From: Desulfomicrobium sp.
GTDB lineage: Bacteria > Desulfobacterota > Desulfovibrionia > Desulfovibrionales > Desulfomicrobiaceae
Length of the DNA stretch: 64,000 nt
Direction: 5' to 3'
NCBI GenBank assembly: GCA_040768745.1
Contig: JAXGMI010000001.1
Location: forward strand, 1,728,001-1,792,000
Part shown: positions 9,522 through 18,653 of the stretch, in pieces
Numbering within the stretch: position 1 is the first letter of the stretch
Layout: every line of letters starts with the position of its first letter
The notes under the pieces: model-generated
What the model was told of the DNA's origin: nothing
The model's database searches: none
What the model saw: only the letters and a program-made list of their open reading frames with translations
Program-made: the position numbers and the translations under genes

Positions 9522-10544
9522 CTAGAAACGCGATTTGAGGCACTGACTAAGTATTTGCGCGGCGAAGTCAACCATGGGCACGATGCGGGCATAGTTCATG
9601 CGTACCGGCCCGAGCACGGCCAGGGTTCCCTGGGTGGTGGGGCAGGCGCTGTAGGGAGAGGCGACCAGGGAGCAGCCGGACAGGCCGGTCATGCCCTGCC
9701 CCAGGCTGACGGATACGGTCTGGCTGGTCGAGGTCTTGTCCAGCAGTTCCAGAAGGCGGGAGCGCTCCTCGATGAGGCGCAATACATCCTGGATCGTATC
9801 GAGGTCCGTGAATTCGGGTTGATCCGCGAGGTTACTGGTGCCACCGACGAAGACCTCAGGCTGCTCGTCCTCGGCAATGGCCTGGGCCACCAGCTCCCAG
9901 GCCCGACGGTAGGCGTCCAGAGTCTGCCTGGCCTGGTTCAGTTGATGAACTATTTCAGACCGCACCTCCTGGGTGGTGCGACCTTCAAAAAGGCTGTTCA
10001 GATAATTGCTGTAGCGGATCAGGTCATCGGCACTCAGGGTTTTCTCCATCTGCACCAAGCGGTTGCTGATCAGGCCTCCCTGCATGACCAGCACGGCCAT
10101 GATCATCCCTGGCCGCAACAGGACGAAGTCGATCTGTCGCCAGCGGGCGAGATCCTGACGCGGGGCCATGATGACACAGACCTGACGGGTCAGGGAGGAA
10201 AGGGCCTGTGTGGCCCGGCGCAGAACCTGGGACAGTTCCCCCGCGCCGGGGAGGATATGTTCCTGCAAGCGGGACTGATCCTGGCGAGGCAGGGGAGTAT
10301 GCTGCAGGATCTGGTCGAGGTAGTACCGGAAGGCCTGGACAGTGGGAACGCGGCCGGCCGAGGTGTGCGGTTGGTACAGGTACCCTTTTTCCGTCAGCCG
10401 GGCCATGGTCGAACGCAACGAAGCAGGGCTCAGGCCCAGGGTCCTTGTGGCCGCAACGGCCTGAGAGCCTACGGGCTGGGCTGTGTCCACGTACATTTCC
10501 AGGACAGCAGCGAGAACGTTCTTCTCTCTTTGGTCCAGGATCAT
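9522..10544 (-). CDS. hrcA: Heat-inducible transcriptional repressor HrcA
   Basis: QPVGS, SPASLR, QPHTSAGRVPT, GPVRMNY. Confidence 0.92.
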   Translation of the reverse strand: MILDQREKNVLAAVLEMYVDTAQPVGSQAVAATRTLGLSPASLRSTMARLTEKGYLYQPHTSAGRVPTVQAFRYYLDQILQHTPLPRQDQSRLQEHILPGAGELSQVLRRATQALSSLTRQVCVIMAPRQDLARWRQIDFVLLRPGMIMAVLVMQGGLISNRLVQMEKTLSADDLIRYSNYLNSLFEGRTTQEVRSEIVHQLNQARQTLDAYRRAWELVAQAIAEDEQPEVFVGGTSNLADQPEFTDLDTIQDVLRLIEERSRLLELLDKTSTSQTVSVSLGQGMTGLSGCSLVASPYSACPTTQGTLAVLGPVRMNYARIVPMVDFAAQILSQCLKSRF

Positions 10545-11401
10545 GCGGGAACCTCTTCCCGGGAAAAAAGAAATTCACGCAGGGCCTGCACCCAGGGGCG
10601 CGGAATGACACCGGTGGCCGCCGTGAATCCGGACAAGTCCAGCACGGAATAGGCCGGTCGGCAGGCCTTTTGGGGATATTCGGCCGAGGTGATGGGCCTG
10701 ATGCGGCACGGGAGGTCGGCACATCGCACGGCCTCGGCGGCCAGTTCACACCAGCTGGCCTGGCCGGAGTTGGCCAGGTGATACAGCCCAGTGGCCTCCT
10801 TCTCGACCAGGGTCAGAGAGTTTGCGGCCAGGTCGCGAGTGAAGGAGGGGCTGCCCACCTGGTCGTGGACCACAGCCAGTTCCGGCCTGGATGAGGCCAG
10901 TTCCAGAATGCGGGTCACGAAGTTGATTCTCCCGGGGCCAAAGAGCCAGGACGTGCGGATGATGAGCAGGCCAGGCAGGTCCAGGGACATGAGTTCGCGC
11001 TCGCCCTGGAGCTTGGTCTGACCGTAGACCGAGCGCGGATCGGTTTGGTCCTCGATGGTGTAGGGAGTGGTCTTCTTGCCGCTGAACACGAAGTCCGTGC
11101 TGTAGTGCACCAGCCGCACACCGGTCGCTTTGGCCGCCTTGCCCAGGATGAGGGGAAGTTGGCGGTTCAGGCGGGCGGCCTCGCCCGGCTCCTCCTCGGC
11201 TTGATCGACCTTGGTATAGGCGACGGTGTTGAACAGGACGTCGGCCCTGCTGTTTGCCAGACAGGCCTCCACGGCCGGTCTGTCGAAAAGGTTCAGATCG
11301 GCGCGGCCCATGGCCAACGCGTTCCAGCCGCGTTTGTGCAAAGCCACGCACAAGGCCTGCCCGAGCAGACCAGTCCTGCCGCCTAGTACAACGGCGTTCA
11401 T
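10541..11401 (-). CDS. rfbD: dTDP-4-dehydrorhamnose reductase
   Basis: GGRTGLLG, AYTKVDQAE, STDFVFSG, YGQTK, DQVGSP; ATGA overlap with the rfbB stop. Confidence 0.92.
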   Translation of the reverse strand: MNAVVLGGRTGLLGQALCVALHKRGWNALAMGRADLNLFDRPAVEACLANSRADVLFNTVAYTKVDQAEEEPGEAARLNRQLPLILGKAAKATGVRLVHYSTDFVFSGKKTTPYTIEDQTDPRSVYGQTKLQGERELMSLDLPGLLIIRTSWLFGPGRINFVTRILELASSRPELAVVHDQVGSPSFTRDLAANSLTLVEKEATGLYHLANSGQASWCELAAEAVRCADLPCRIRPITSAEYPQKACRPAYSVLDLSGFTAATGVIPRPWVQALREFLFSREEVPA

Positions 11402-12423
11402 GCCTTCCTCTCGGCGTACCATGAATCCATGAACTGGCGATAGGCACCGCTCTGGACTTCGTCAAGCCAGGGGGCATTGGCCTGGTACCAAGCCAGGGTG
11501 CGGGCCATGCCGTCTTCGAAGGAATATGCCGGGGTCCAGCCCAGGTCGGCCGTGGAGCGGGTGAAGGCCATGGCGTAGCGGCGGTCATGGCCAGGACGGT
11601 CCGCCACAAAGCTGATCAGGCTCTCGTCCCTGCCGGTCAGCCGCAAAATGGTACGCACCACCTGCAGGTTCGTTTTTTCCGCGTCCCCCCCGAAATTGTA
11701 GACCGCGCCGGGCCGGCCTCTGAACAGGGCCGCTTCCACGCCTTGGCAATGGTCCAGGACGTAGATCCAGTCACGCACGTTGAGTCCGTCACCGTAGACC
11801 GGAATGGGCTCGTTCCGGGAGGCCATGAGGTAGGTCAGAGGGATCAGCTTTTCCGGAAACTGGTAGGGCCCGTAGTTGTTGGAACAGCGGGTGACAATGA
11901 CGGGCAGTCCGTACGTGTGGAAGTAGGCCCTGGCCAGCAGGTCCGAGGATGCCTTGGATGCCGAATAGGGTGAATTGGGGGCCAGCGGCGTGTCCTCCGT
12001 GAACTGGCCGGTGGGGCCCAGGGATCCGTACACCTCGTCGGTGGAGATGTGCACGAAGCGGGGAATTCCGGCTTTGCGCGCCGCCTCCAGAAGGTTCTGG
12101 GTGCCGAGGACATTGGTGGTGATGAAGGGGAACGGGTCGTTGATGGAGCGATCCACATGGGATTCGGCCGCGAAATTGAGCACGGCGTCGAACCGGAATT
12201 GGCGCATCAGCTCCGGGACCAGCGTCTGGTCGCAGATGTCGCCGTGCACGAAAAAATAGCGCCGGTCGAGGTGGGACGCCTCCACCTCTGCCAGATTGCG
12301 GCGGTTGCCCGCATAGGTCAGCTTGTCCAGGTTGACGATGAGGAGGTCATCGTGGGCCGCCAGCATGTGCTGGATGAAGTTGGAACCGATGAAGCCGCAG
12401 CCTCCGGTGACGAGCAGATGCAT
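11398..12423 (-). CDS. rfbB: dTDP-glucose 4,6-dehydratase
   Basis: GGCGFIGS, AAESHVDRSI, STDEVYG, YSASK, NNYGPYQFPEKLIP; true start 12423. Confidence 0.95.
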   Translation of the reverse strand: MHLLVTGGCGFIGSNFIQHMLAAHDDLLIVNLDKLTYAGNRRNLAEVEASHLDRRYFFVHGDICDQTLVPELMRQFRFDAVLNFAAESHVDRSINDPFPFITTNVLGTQNLLEAARKAGIPRFVHISTDEVYGSLGPTGQFTEDTPLAPNSPYSASKASSDLLARAYFHTYGLPVIVTRCSNNYGPYQFPEKLIPLTYLMASRNEPIPVYGDGLNVRDWIYVLDHCQGVEAALFRGRPGAVYNFGGDAEKTNLQVVRTILRLTGRDESLISFVADRPGHDRRYAMAFTRSTADLGWTPAYSFEDGMARTLAWYQANAPWLDEVQSGAYRQFMDSWYAERKA

Positions 12424-12534
12424 ACTTGAGGACTTCCTTTTCTTGACGGATTGGCGGGTTGAAAGCCAATGAAGGCGCAGCACCGGGCCGGCCCTGGCTT
12501 GTGCCCGTCGCAAAATACGCAAAGAGAACCCAAG

Positions 12535-13032
12535 ATGCAAATTGTCCTCTACGAGCCGGAAATTCCGCCCAACACCGGCACCATTGCCCGGCTCTGCGCC
12601 GCCACCACGACCCGGCTGAATCTGATCGAGCCGTTGGGCTTCAGCCTGGAGGACCGGTATTTGAAACGTGCCGGCCTGGATTACTGGCCCCATGTGGACA
12701 AGCTTATCTGGCCGTCGTGGCCCGCTTTTCTGGAATCCAGGCCGGCTGGGCGGCTGGTTTTCACCAGTGCCCGCCAGGGGATTTCCTTCCACCGTTTCCG
12801 TTTCCAAGCCGACGATTTCATCGTCCTTGGCCCAGAGACGCGCGGATTGCCGCCAGTGATATTGGCCTGTGCCGAATATGTGGTGCGCATACCCATCTGG
12901 GGGCAGGTTCGCAGCGTCAACGTGGCCAACGCGACGGCCGTGCTTCTGTATGAGGCATATCGCCAGACCGGCGAGCTGGACCGGCGTGTGGGACCGGATG
13001 ATTTCATCCCCATAGCGAAACAGGAGTCCTGA
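12535..13032 (+). CDS. trmL: tRNA (cytidine(34)-2'-O)-methyltransferase
   Basis: EPEIPPNTGTIAR, LKRAGLDYW, GPETRGLP, RSVNVAN. Confidence 0.9.
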   Translation: MQIVLYEPEIPPNTGTIARLCAATTTRLNLIEPLGFSLEDRYLKRAGLDYWPHVDKLIWPSWPAFLESRPAGRLVFTSARQGISFHRFRFQADDFIVLGPETRGLPPVILACAEYVVRIPIWGQVRSVNVANATAVLLYEAYRQTGELDRRVGPDDFIPIAKQES

Positions 13033-13249
13033 AGGGTATGGATGGGCTTAAGGCAAAGCCCGCGCAATGAATTCCTCATCCTCAAAACTCCCTTCCTTGG
13101 CTGGAGGGGCATCCGAGAGCGTACATGCCCGGCGGACCGGTAGTTGCCCTGCGGGCCTTTGTCCTTCAGGCTTCAGGCGTGTGGCCATTCGTGCCTTTCC
13201 TGACTGCTGCATCGATTTTGAAATGGACTAACCCGCCACGGAGACGCCC

Positions 13250-14218
13250 ATGTTCGACATTCTTTATGCCGTGCCCGTCAATCTGTCCCTGCTTGTTTTC
13301 CTCCTCGGTTGCGTTGGCCTGGACCTGCTTTTTGGCGATCCCAAGGATTGGCCGCATCCTGTGCGGATCATGGGCCGGGCCCTGGACCTTTCGGAAGACT
13401 GGGCCCGACGCTGCTGGCTGGGGCCGATCGCGGGCGGAGGACTGGCCGTGGCCGGTCTGGGCGGTTTGAGCTTTGCCACAGTTGCTTTCCTGACGGGCTT
13501 GCCCATGGTGGGCGAGCTGCTGGCCCTGTATCTGGGATACGCCGGTTTGGGCTGGGGCTGTCTGCTACGCGAAACGTCGGCTGTACTGACCCTGCTCGAC
13601 AGGGGAAACCTGCCGGCGGCCCGGGCCCATCTGGCCGGGTTGGTCAGCAGGGACACGGACGACATGGATCAGGAAGAGGCATACCGGGCCCTGGGTGAAA
13701 CCCTGGCCGAGAACTTCAACGACGGGTTCGTGGCCCCGTTCTTCTGGCTGGCCCTGTTCGGCCCGGCAGCACTGTGGGTCTACAAGGCGGTGAGCACGGC
13801 CGATTCCATGTGGGGCTACCGCATCGAGCGGTTTGAAAAGGTCGGCAAGGCCGGGGCGCGTCTCGACGACGCCCTGGCCTGGATTCCGGCCCGTCTGGCC
13901 GCTCTCTGCATCTGGCTGGCCGGTTGGCTGATGCTGCGACCGTCGTCATGGGGGCGTGTCGTGCGCGAGGCCCGGACCATGGACAGCCCCAACGCGGGCT
14001 GGCCCATGAGCGCAGCGGCCCATGCGGCACGGGTCAGCATGGGCGGGCCGACCCGCTATTTCGGGGCAGTGAAGGACAAGCCACGTCTCGGACCGGACGG
14101 ACCGTGGAACGGCTATGCGATCCGGACCATGCGCCGGGTGCTTATGCTGGCCGCAGGGCTGTGTGCGGTGTTCCTTGCGGGCCTGGGCAGCCTTCTGGCC
14201 CTGTGGAGCCTGGGATGA
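13250..14218 (+). CDS. cbiB: Adenosylcobinamide-phosphate synthase
   Basis: GDP...HPV, LVSRDT, ENFNDG..AP, YKAVSTADSMWGY, SPNAGWP. Confidence 0.9.
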   Translation: MFDILYAVPVNLSLLVFLLGCVGLDLLFGDPKDWPHPVRIMGRALDLSEDWARRCWLGPIAGGGLAVAGLGGLSFATVAFLTGLPMVGELLALYLGYAGLGWGCLLRETSAVLTLLDRGNLPAARAHLAGLVSRDTDDMDQEEAYRALGETLAENFNDGFVAPFFWLALFGPAALWVYKAVSTADSMWGYRIERFEKVGKAGARLDDALAWIPARLAALCIWLAGWLMLRPSSWGRVVREARTMDSPNAGWPMSAAAHAARVSMGGPTRYFGAVKDKPRLGPDGPWNGYAIRTMRRVLMLAAGLCAVFLAGLGSLLALWSLG

Positions 14219-14236
14219 GAAATGCCAAGGGGTGGA

Positions 14237-15088
14237 TCATGTAGCCTGCCACCGAGCCCAGTTGCCGCTGGGCAGGTCGAGGACGTCAGGGCCGCCGCGC
14301 AGGAGCATTTCCCCGCATGTCAGCCTGCCCTGGCCCAGGGCTTGCTCCAGGAGATTCTGCAGCACAATGGGCGAGAAGCCAGGGGTGTGCGAAGTCAGGA
14401 TGACAAAGAGGGGGGTGTCGCTCAGCACTTGGCCTACCAGGTTCAGGGTTTCCTGCACGTTTTTTTCGATTTTGTAGAGTTCACCCCGTTTGCCCCGTCC
14501 AAAGGAGGGTGGATCCAGCAGCACGCATTCGTAGTTGCGTCCGCGTCGTACCTCGCGGCGCAGGAATCCTCCCACGTCGTCCACGATGAAGCGGATGCCG
14601 CTGTTCTGCAGGCCATTCAAAACCGCATTGGCCCTGGCCCATTCGACCATCCCCTTGGATGCGTCCAGATGGCAGCACTGGGCCCCGGCCTTGGCTGCGG
14701 CCAGGGTCGCACCCCCTGAGTAGGCGAAGAGATTCAGAAAGCGCGGGGCCGTGCTTCTCGATTTGGCGGCGTCGCGGAGTTGCGAAGCGATCCAGGACCA
14801 CTGATCCATGGTTTCAGGGAAGATGCCCAGATGCCCGAAGTCCGTGGTGGACAGACGCATGCGCACGCCCCGCACGGTCACGACCCAGTCCTCGGGCAGA
14901 CGCTCGCGACCGTGCCAGTTCAAACCTTCTTTGCGGTCGAAGGAGGCATTGGCGCTGTCCCAGAGTTCAGGGTGGCGCGGCTCCCAGACGGCCTGAGCAC
15001 AGGGCCTAGCCAGGATGACGGGGCCGAAGCGTTCCAGTTTCTGACCGTTGCCGCTGTCCATCAATTCATAGTCGTCAGGGATGTGCAT
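14237..15088 (-). CDS. Class I SAM-dependent methyltransferase (RlmI-related)
   Basis: [41 protein letters not shown]; start 15088 (the ORF-track extension overlaps the tRNA). Confidence 0.85.
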   Translation of the reverse strand: MHIPDDYELMDSGNGQKLERFGPVILARPCAQAVWEPRHPELWDSANASFDRKEGLNWHGRERLPEDWVVTVRGVRMRLSTTDFGHLGIFPETMDQWSWIASQLRDAAKSRSTAPRFLNLFAYSGGATLAAAKAGAQCCHLDASKGMVEWARANAVLNGLQNSGIRFIVDDVGGFLRREVRRGRNYECVLLDPPSFGRGKRGELYKIEKNVQETLNLVGQVLSDTPLFVILTSHTPGFSPIVLQNLLEQALGQGRLTCGEMLLRGGPDVLDLPSGNWARWQAT

Positions 15089-15100
15089 GATAGCTCCATG

Positions 15101-15145
15101 CGCAAAAAAACCCTTCCGGGCGGATTGCCTGGAAGGGTTTTTGCG
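15101..15145 (-). terminator. Intrinsic terminator downstream of tRNA-Val
   Basis: AAAAACCCTTCCGGGC-GGATT-GCCTGGAAGGGTTTTT inverted repeat with A/T tracts. Confidence 0.8.
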
Positions 15146-15149
15146 TTCG

Positions 15150-15225
15150 TGGTGGGCGATACGGGATTTGAACCTGTGACTTCCACCGTGTGAAGATGGC
15201 ACTCTCACCACTGAGTTAATCGCCC
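15150..15225 (-). tRNA. tRNA-Val(CAC)
   Basis: GGGCGATTAACTCAGTGGTGAGAGTGCCATCTTCACACGGTGGAAGTCACAGGTTCAAATCCCGTATCGCCCACCA; 76 nt, anticodon CAC, encoded CCA. Confidence 0.95.
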
Positions 15226-15236
15226 GGAGTGAAAAG

Positions 15237-15265
15237 CGTTTAGACGCGCGACAATCTTCTGTCAA
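15237..15265 (-). promoter_or_regulatory. Sigma70-type promoter of tRNA-Val
   Basis: TTGACA-17 nt-TAAACG, ending 11 nt upstream of the tRNA. Confidence 0.65.
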
Positions 15266-15295
15266 GAATTTCCCTGGCACGTGATCCTTTTGGAA

Positions 15296-15825
15296 TCACA
15301 GATTCTTTTGCAGCTCCAGGAAGGCAAAGGCGTTTGGGGCGTACACCCTGGACCCGCTCATGCCGGTAATGCGCTGGAACCCGAGCCGGATCCAGAAACG
15401 CAGTGCGTTCCAGTTGCGCAGCCCAATCCCGACCCGCACGGTCCGCATGTCCCTGCCCCGGGGATGCTTTCCAGGCCAAGGTAGGTTTCAGGCCAAGCCC
15501 CCGGCCCCGGCTGGCCGGGCGCAGAAACAGCTCGCCGACATAGGCCACGCTGGACCGGGGATAGCCAAGATAGACGCTGAGCAATCCCATGGGGACGGAA
15601 GAAGGGTCCTCGCGCAGAACGAGATTGTGCAGGCGATCTGAAGAGCCGGGAGAAGGGAGGTTGAGGCGTCGGACAAAGCGGACAGCCAGCGCCTTAGGGT
15701 CGTTCCCGGGGGGCCAGCGGGCGAAGAATTCCCACGTTCTCGGCGTAGATGCTTTCGATCACGGGCTGGTCCTGGATTGTGGCCGGCATGCCTGTCAATC
15801 GGGCGGTGCGCAGGGATATGGCCAT
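15296..15825 (-). pseudogene. GNAT N-acetyltransferase, three frameshifts
   Basis: Pieces in successive frames: MAISLRTARLTGMPATIQDQPVIESIY / ...YVGELFLRPASRGRGLG / ETYLGLES / MRTVRVGIGLRNWNALRFWIRLGF...LELQKNL*. Confidence 0.75.
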
Positions 15826-15831
15826 GTCATG

Positions 15832-15852
15832 AAAAAGGCGGCCGTAGCCGCC
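15832..15852 (-). terminator. Intrinsic terminator after ndk-proC
   Basis: GGCGGC-TACG-GCCGCC followed by TTTTT on the minus strand. Confidence 0.65.
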
Positions 15853-16644
15853 CTAGTCTCCCAGTTCCTTGCCCCGTTTGGTGGCTGCCAGGACCGCCTG
15901 GCTGACGGCGAATTTGAATCGGTGCTCGTCCAGGGCATTGAGGCCGGCGATGGTCGTTCCTCCTGGCGAAGTGACCATCTCCTTGAGCATTGTCGGATGC
16001 GCGCCTGCGTCTTCGGCCATGAGAGCCGAGCCCGAAACCAGGGCCTTGACCATGGCCGTGGCCTGAGAGCGGGTCAGGCCAAGGGTCAGGCCGGCGTCGA
16101 TGAGGGCCTCCATGAAGGCGAAGACGTACGCCGGGCCGGAGCCAATGAGTCCGGTAAAGGCATTGAACAGCTTTTCCGGCAGGACATGGGCTTGCCCGAT
16201 GGAGGCGAAAACCTCGGACACCATGCGCTTGGTTTCATTGTTCAGGAGATCGTGGTCAAAGCAGAGGGCGTATACCCCCTTTCCGACCATGGCCGGGGTG
16301 TTGGGCATGACTCGCACAACGGGGCAGCTCTTGCCGGACCACTTGATGAGCATTTCCAGGGGGATACCCGCGGCGATAGAGATGAGACAGGTCCCTGGTT
16401 TCAGGGATTGGGCCAGGTCTGTCAGGACGTGGCGCATGACCTGGGGCTTCACGGCCAGGAGAAGGAGATCTGCCTGCCTGGCTACGTCCTGTCCCGAGGG
16501 CAGGATGGTCATGATGCCTGCTTGTCTGGCCCGCATGACCTCGCTCGGGTCAAAGCCGATCAGTTCGAACGACTTGGTTTTGGCCAAGCCACCGGCAATG
16601 GCGCCGCCCATATTTCCCAGTCCGATAAACCCGAAGCGTTTCAT
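15853..16644 (-). CDS. proC: Pyrroline-5-carboxylate reductase
   Basis: GLGNMG, LAVKPQ, RVMPNTP, GSGPAY, VTSPGGTTI. Confidence 0.95.
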   Translation of the reverse strand: MKRFGFIGLGNMGGAIAGGLAKTKSFELIGFDPSEVMRARQAGIMTILPSGQDVARQADLLLLAVKPQVMRHVLTDLAQSLKPGTCLISIAAGIPLEMLIKWSGKSCPVVRVMPNTPAMVGKGVYALCFDHDLLNNETKRMVSEVFASIGQAHVLPEKLFNAFTGLIGSGPAYVFAFMEALIDAGLTLGLTRSQATAMVKALVSGSALMAEDAGAHPTMLKEMVTSPGGTTIAGLNALDEHRFKFAVSQAVLAATKRGKELGD

Positions 16645-17061
16645 TTAGCCCACCAGTTCCAAGGCGTTGAAGAAATAAGCAATTTCCACTGCCGCCGTGT
16701 CCGGACCATCGGAGCCGTGACACGAATTTTTTTCGATATCCAGCGCGTATTTCTTGCGGATGGTGCCTTCGGCGGCGTTGTCCTTGTTGGTGGCACCCAT
16801 CAGGTCACGGTATTTCTGGACCGCATTCTCGCCTTCAAGGCACATGACCACGCACGGGCCAGAGCATATGTAGTCCGTAAGGCTGGCGAAAAAGGGGCGT
16901 TCCCGGTGCACGGTGTAGAATCCTTCGGCCTGGGCCTTGGTCAGGTGGATCATTTTCAGGCCAATGATGCGCAGTCCGGCCTTCTGGATCATGGCCATGA
17001 TTTCACCCTGAAGGTTGCGCTCCACCGCGTCGGGTTTGATGATGGAAAAAGTGCGTTCCAT
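16645..17061 (-). CDS. ndk: Nucleoside diphosphate kinase
   Basis: [24 protein letters not shown]. Confidence 0.96.
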   Translation of the reverse strand: MERTFSIIKPDAVERNLQGEIMAMIQKAGLRIIGLKMIHLTKAQAEGFYTVHRERPFFASLTDYICSGPCVVMCLEGENAVQKYRDLMGATNKDNAAEGTIRKKYALDIEKNSCHGSDGPDTAAVEIAYFFNALELVG

Positions 17062-17239
17062 AAGTTCTCCTCGCATGATTTTTTGCGCGTCCTACTCCCG
17101 GGATGCGGAAATGACAAGGGACGGCCTGAAAAAGCGACTGTTTGGTCATTCAAGTCGTGCACCCTGTTTCCACAAGGGGGAACACTGTCCTTCACCCGGA
17201 AAAAACCATGGTCCAGCCCTCCAAATGGAGAGGCAATGC

Positions 17240-18628
17240 CTAGCGCATGAGGTAGAAGCCGAGATCGCCTTCGTAGCTTTTCTGATCCGTGAAGACAGAC
17301 CCTGTGTAGCGGTCCCTGGTGTAGCGGACCAGGACCAGACGGTCTATCTCTGAGCGCCGGGAATCGTCCAGGACAAAGCGCAACCGGATGCGTGCATTCT
17401 TGGACAGGGCGTTGGGCCCTAAGGTCGAGAATCCAACCCCTTTCAGGGAAAGGTTTTCCACCAGCACTTCTCCTTTGTCGCCGGTGTCAAGATTCTCAAA
17501 CTGCCCGGCGAGCTTCACTTTTTTGCGGTAGTACTGGCGGCGGTCCAGGGACTGGATCTCCTCGTTCAGGAGAGGGAGGAAGTTGGCTGCAACATCACGG
17601 AGCTTTCGGAATCCCCGGTCTTCGGTCTTGCCCGTCTTGATGATGTCCAACAACGGGGCAAGATCACTCTGGGTGCCTGTCCGAACCTCCAGGGTGAGCT
17701 TGAGCAGGGGGAGTTCCAGCAATTCACCCTGGAGATGGATTCTGGATTGAAGGCGACTGCTGACTTCCAGGGCCTGGGCCTTGGCGATACAGGGCATGAT
17801 GACCACGAAGCGGCTGGAGCCGAGGCGGCAGGGCAGATCCGCCTTGCGCACCCCTTCCAGCAGGATGGTCGCCACGTGCCGCAGAAAGCTGTCCACCCTG
17901 GTCTTGCCGTATTCTTCGTTGGCGGCCCGCAGGCTTCCGAGGTGCATGAGAATGAGGCTGGATGGGGTACCGTACCTCTTGCAGATCTCGATTTCGCGCT
18001 CCAGGGATCTGGTAAATGTGCGCGTGTTCGGCAGACCGGTGAGGAGGTCCGTTTCGGCCATGCGCTTCATGGCCTGGAAATAGTAGACCCGTTCGAGAAT
18101 CACCACCATCAGATCGGTAAAATTTTTGAGATCCTGAAGGTTGTCGGCAGTGAAAGGGGAGCCGTGTTGGCTGCCGACCATTTCCAGGACGCCGTAGACC
18201 ACATTGGCGCTCTTGAGGGGAACGGCCATGACAGAACGCACATCCGTGCCTGTGGCGGGCAGGAGTTGAGACTGGAAACGGGGATCAGTGGTTACATTTT
18301 CGATGAGGAGCGCTTCTCCCGTGCCGGCCACCCATCCGGTTATCCCTTTGCCTTTGGGGAGCTTTTTTCCCCGCAGTACGTCACCTCTTTCCCCGGCTAC
18401 GTGGGAGAAGATCAGGTCCCCGGTTTCAGGTTCAAGCAGAAGGATGGCCATATGTCTGGCTGAAAAGCATTTCTGAAGATGGGCGCAGATTTCCTCCAGC
18501 GTCTCGTGGATGCTGGTCTGATGTGTGAGGCGTCGTGCGATATCCAGGAGCAGACCCAGGCATGATGACGAGTGAAAAGCATCCATGGCAGATCCCGGTG
18601 TTGAAGTGCTTCTTTCACGATAGTCCAT
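17240..18628 (-). CDS. GAF - degenerate GGDEF - PilZ signalling protein
   Basis: GAF (GKGITGWVA, DPRF, AVPL), DLLTGLPN, RKAD...RLGSSRF, C-terminal RRQYYRK and NLSLKG. Confidence 0.85.
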   Translation of the reverse strand: MDYRERSTSTPGSAMDAFHSSSCLGLLLDIARRLTHQTSIHETLEEICAHLQKCFSARHMAILLLEPETGDLIFSHVAGERGDVLRGKKLPKGKGITGWVAGTGEALLIENVTTDPRFQSQLLPATGTDVRSVMAVPLKSANVVYGVLEMVGSQHGSPFTADNLQDLKNFTDLMVVILERVYYFQAMKRMAETDLLTGLPNTRTFTRSLEREIEICKRYGTPSSLILMHLGSLRAANEEYGKTRVDSFLRHVATILLEGVRKADLPCRLGSSRFVVIMPCIAKAQALEVSSRLQSRIHLQGELLELPLLKLTLEVRTGTQSDLAPLLDIIKTGKTEDRGFRKLRDVAANFLPLLNEEIQSLDRRQYYRKKVKLAGQFENLDTGDKGEVLVENLSLKGVGFSTLGPNALSKNARIRLRFVLDDSRRSEIDRLVLVRYTRDRYTGSVFTDQKSYEGDLGFYLMR

Positions 18629-18653
18629 TTCGTGATCAAAAAGATCTATCTTG

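Noticed and set aside
13033..13249. Possible cobalamin riboswitch upstream of cbiB
   Set aside because: No B12-box or GGGAA/GCCACTG core elements recognisable.
15089..15300. tRNA-Val as an island integration site
   Set aside because: No integrase, no duplicated tRNA 3' end, and the flanking genes are housekeeping.
15589..17250. 553-aa plus-strand ORF
   Set aside because: Antisense to proC and ndk.
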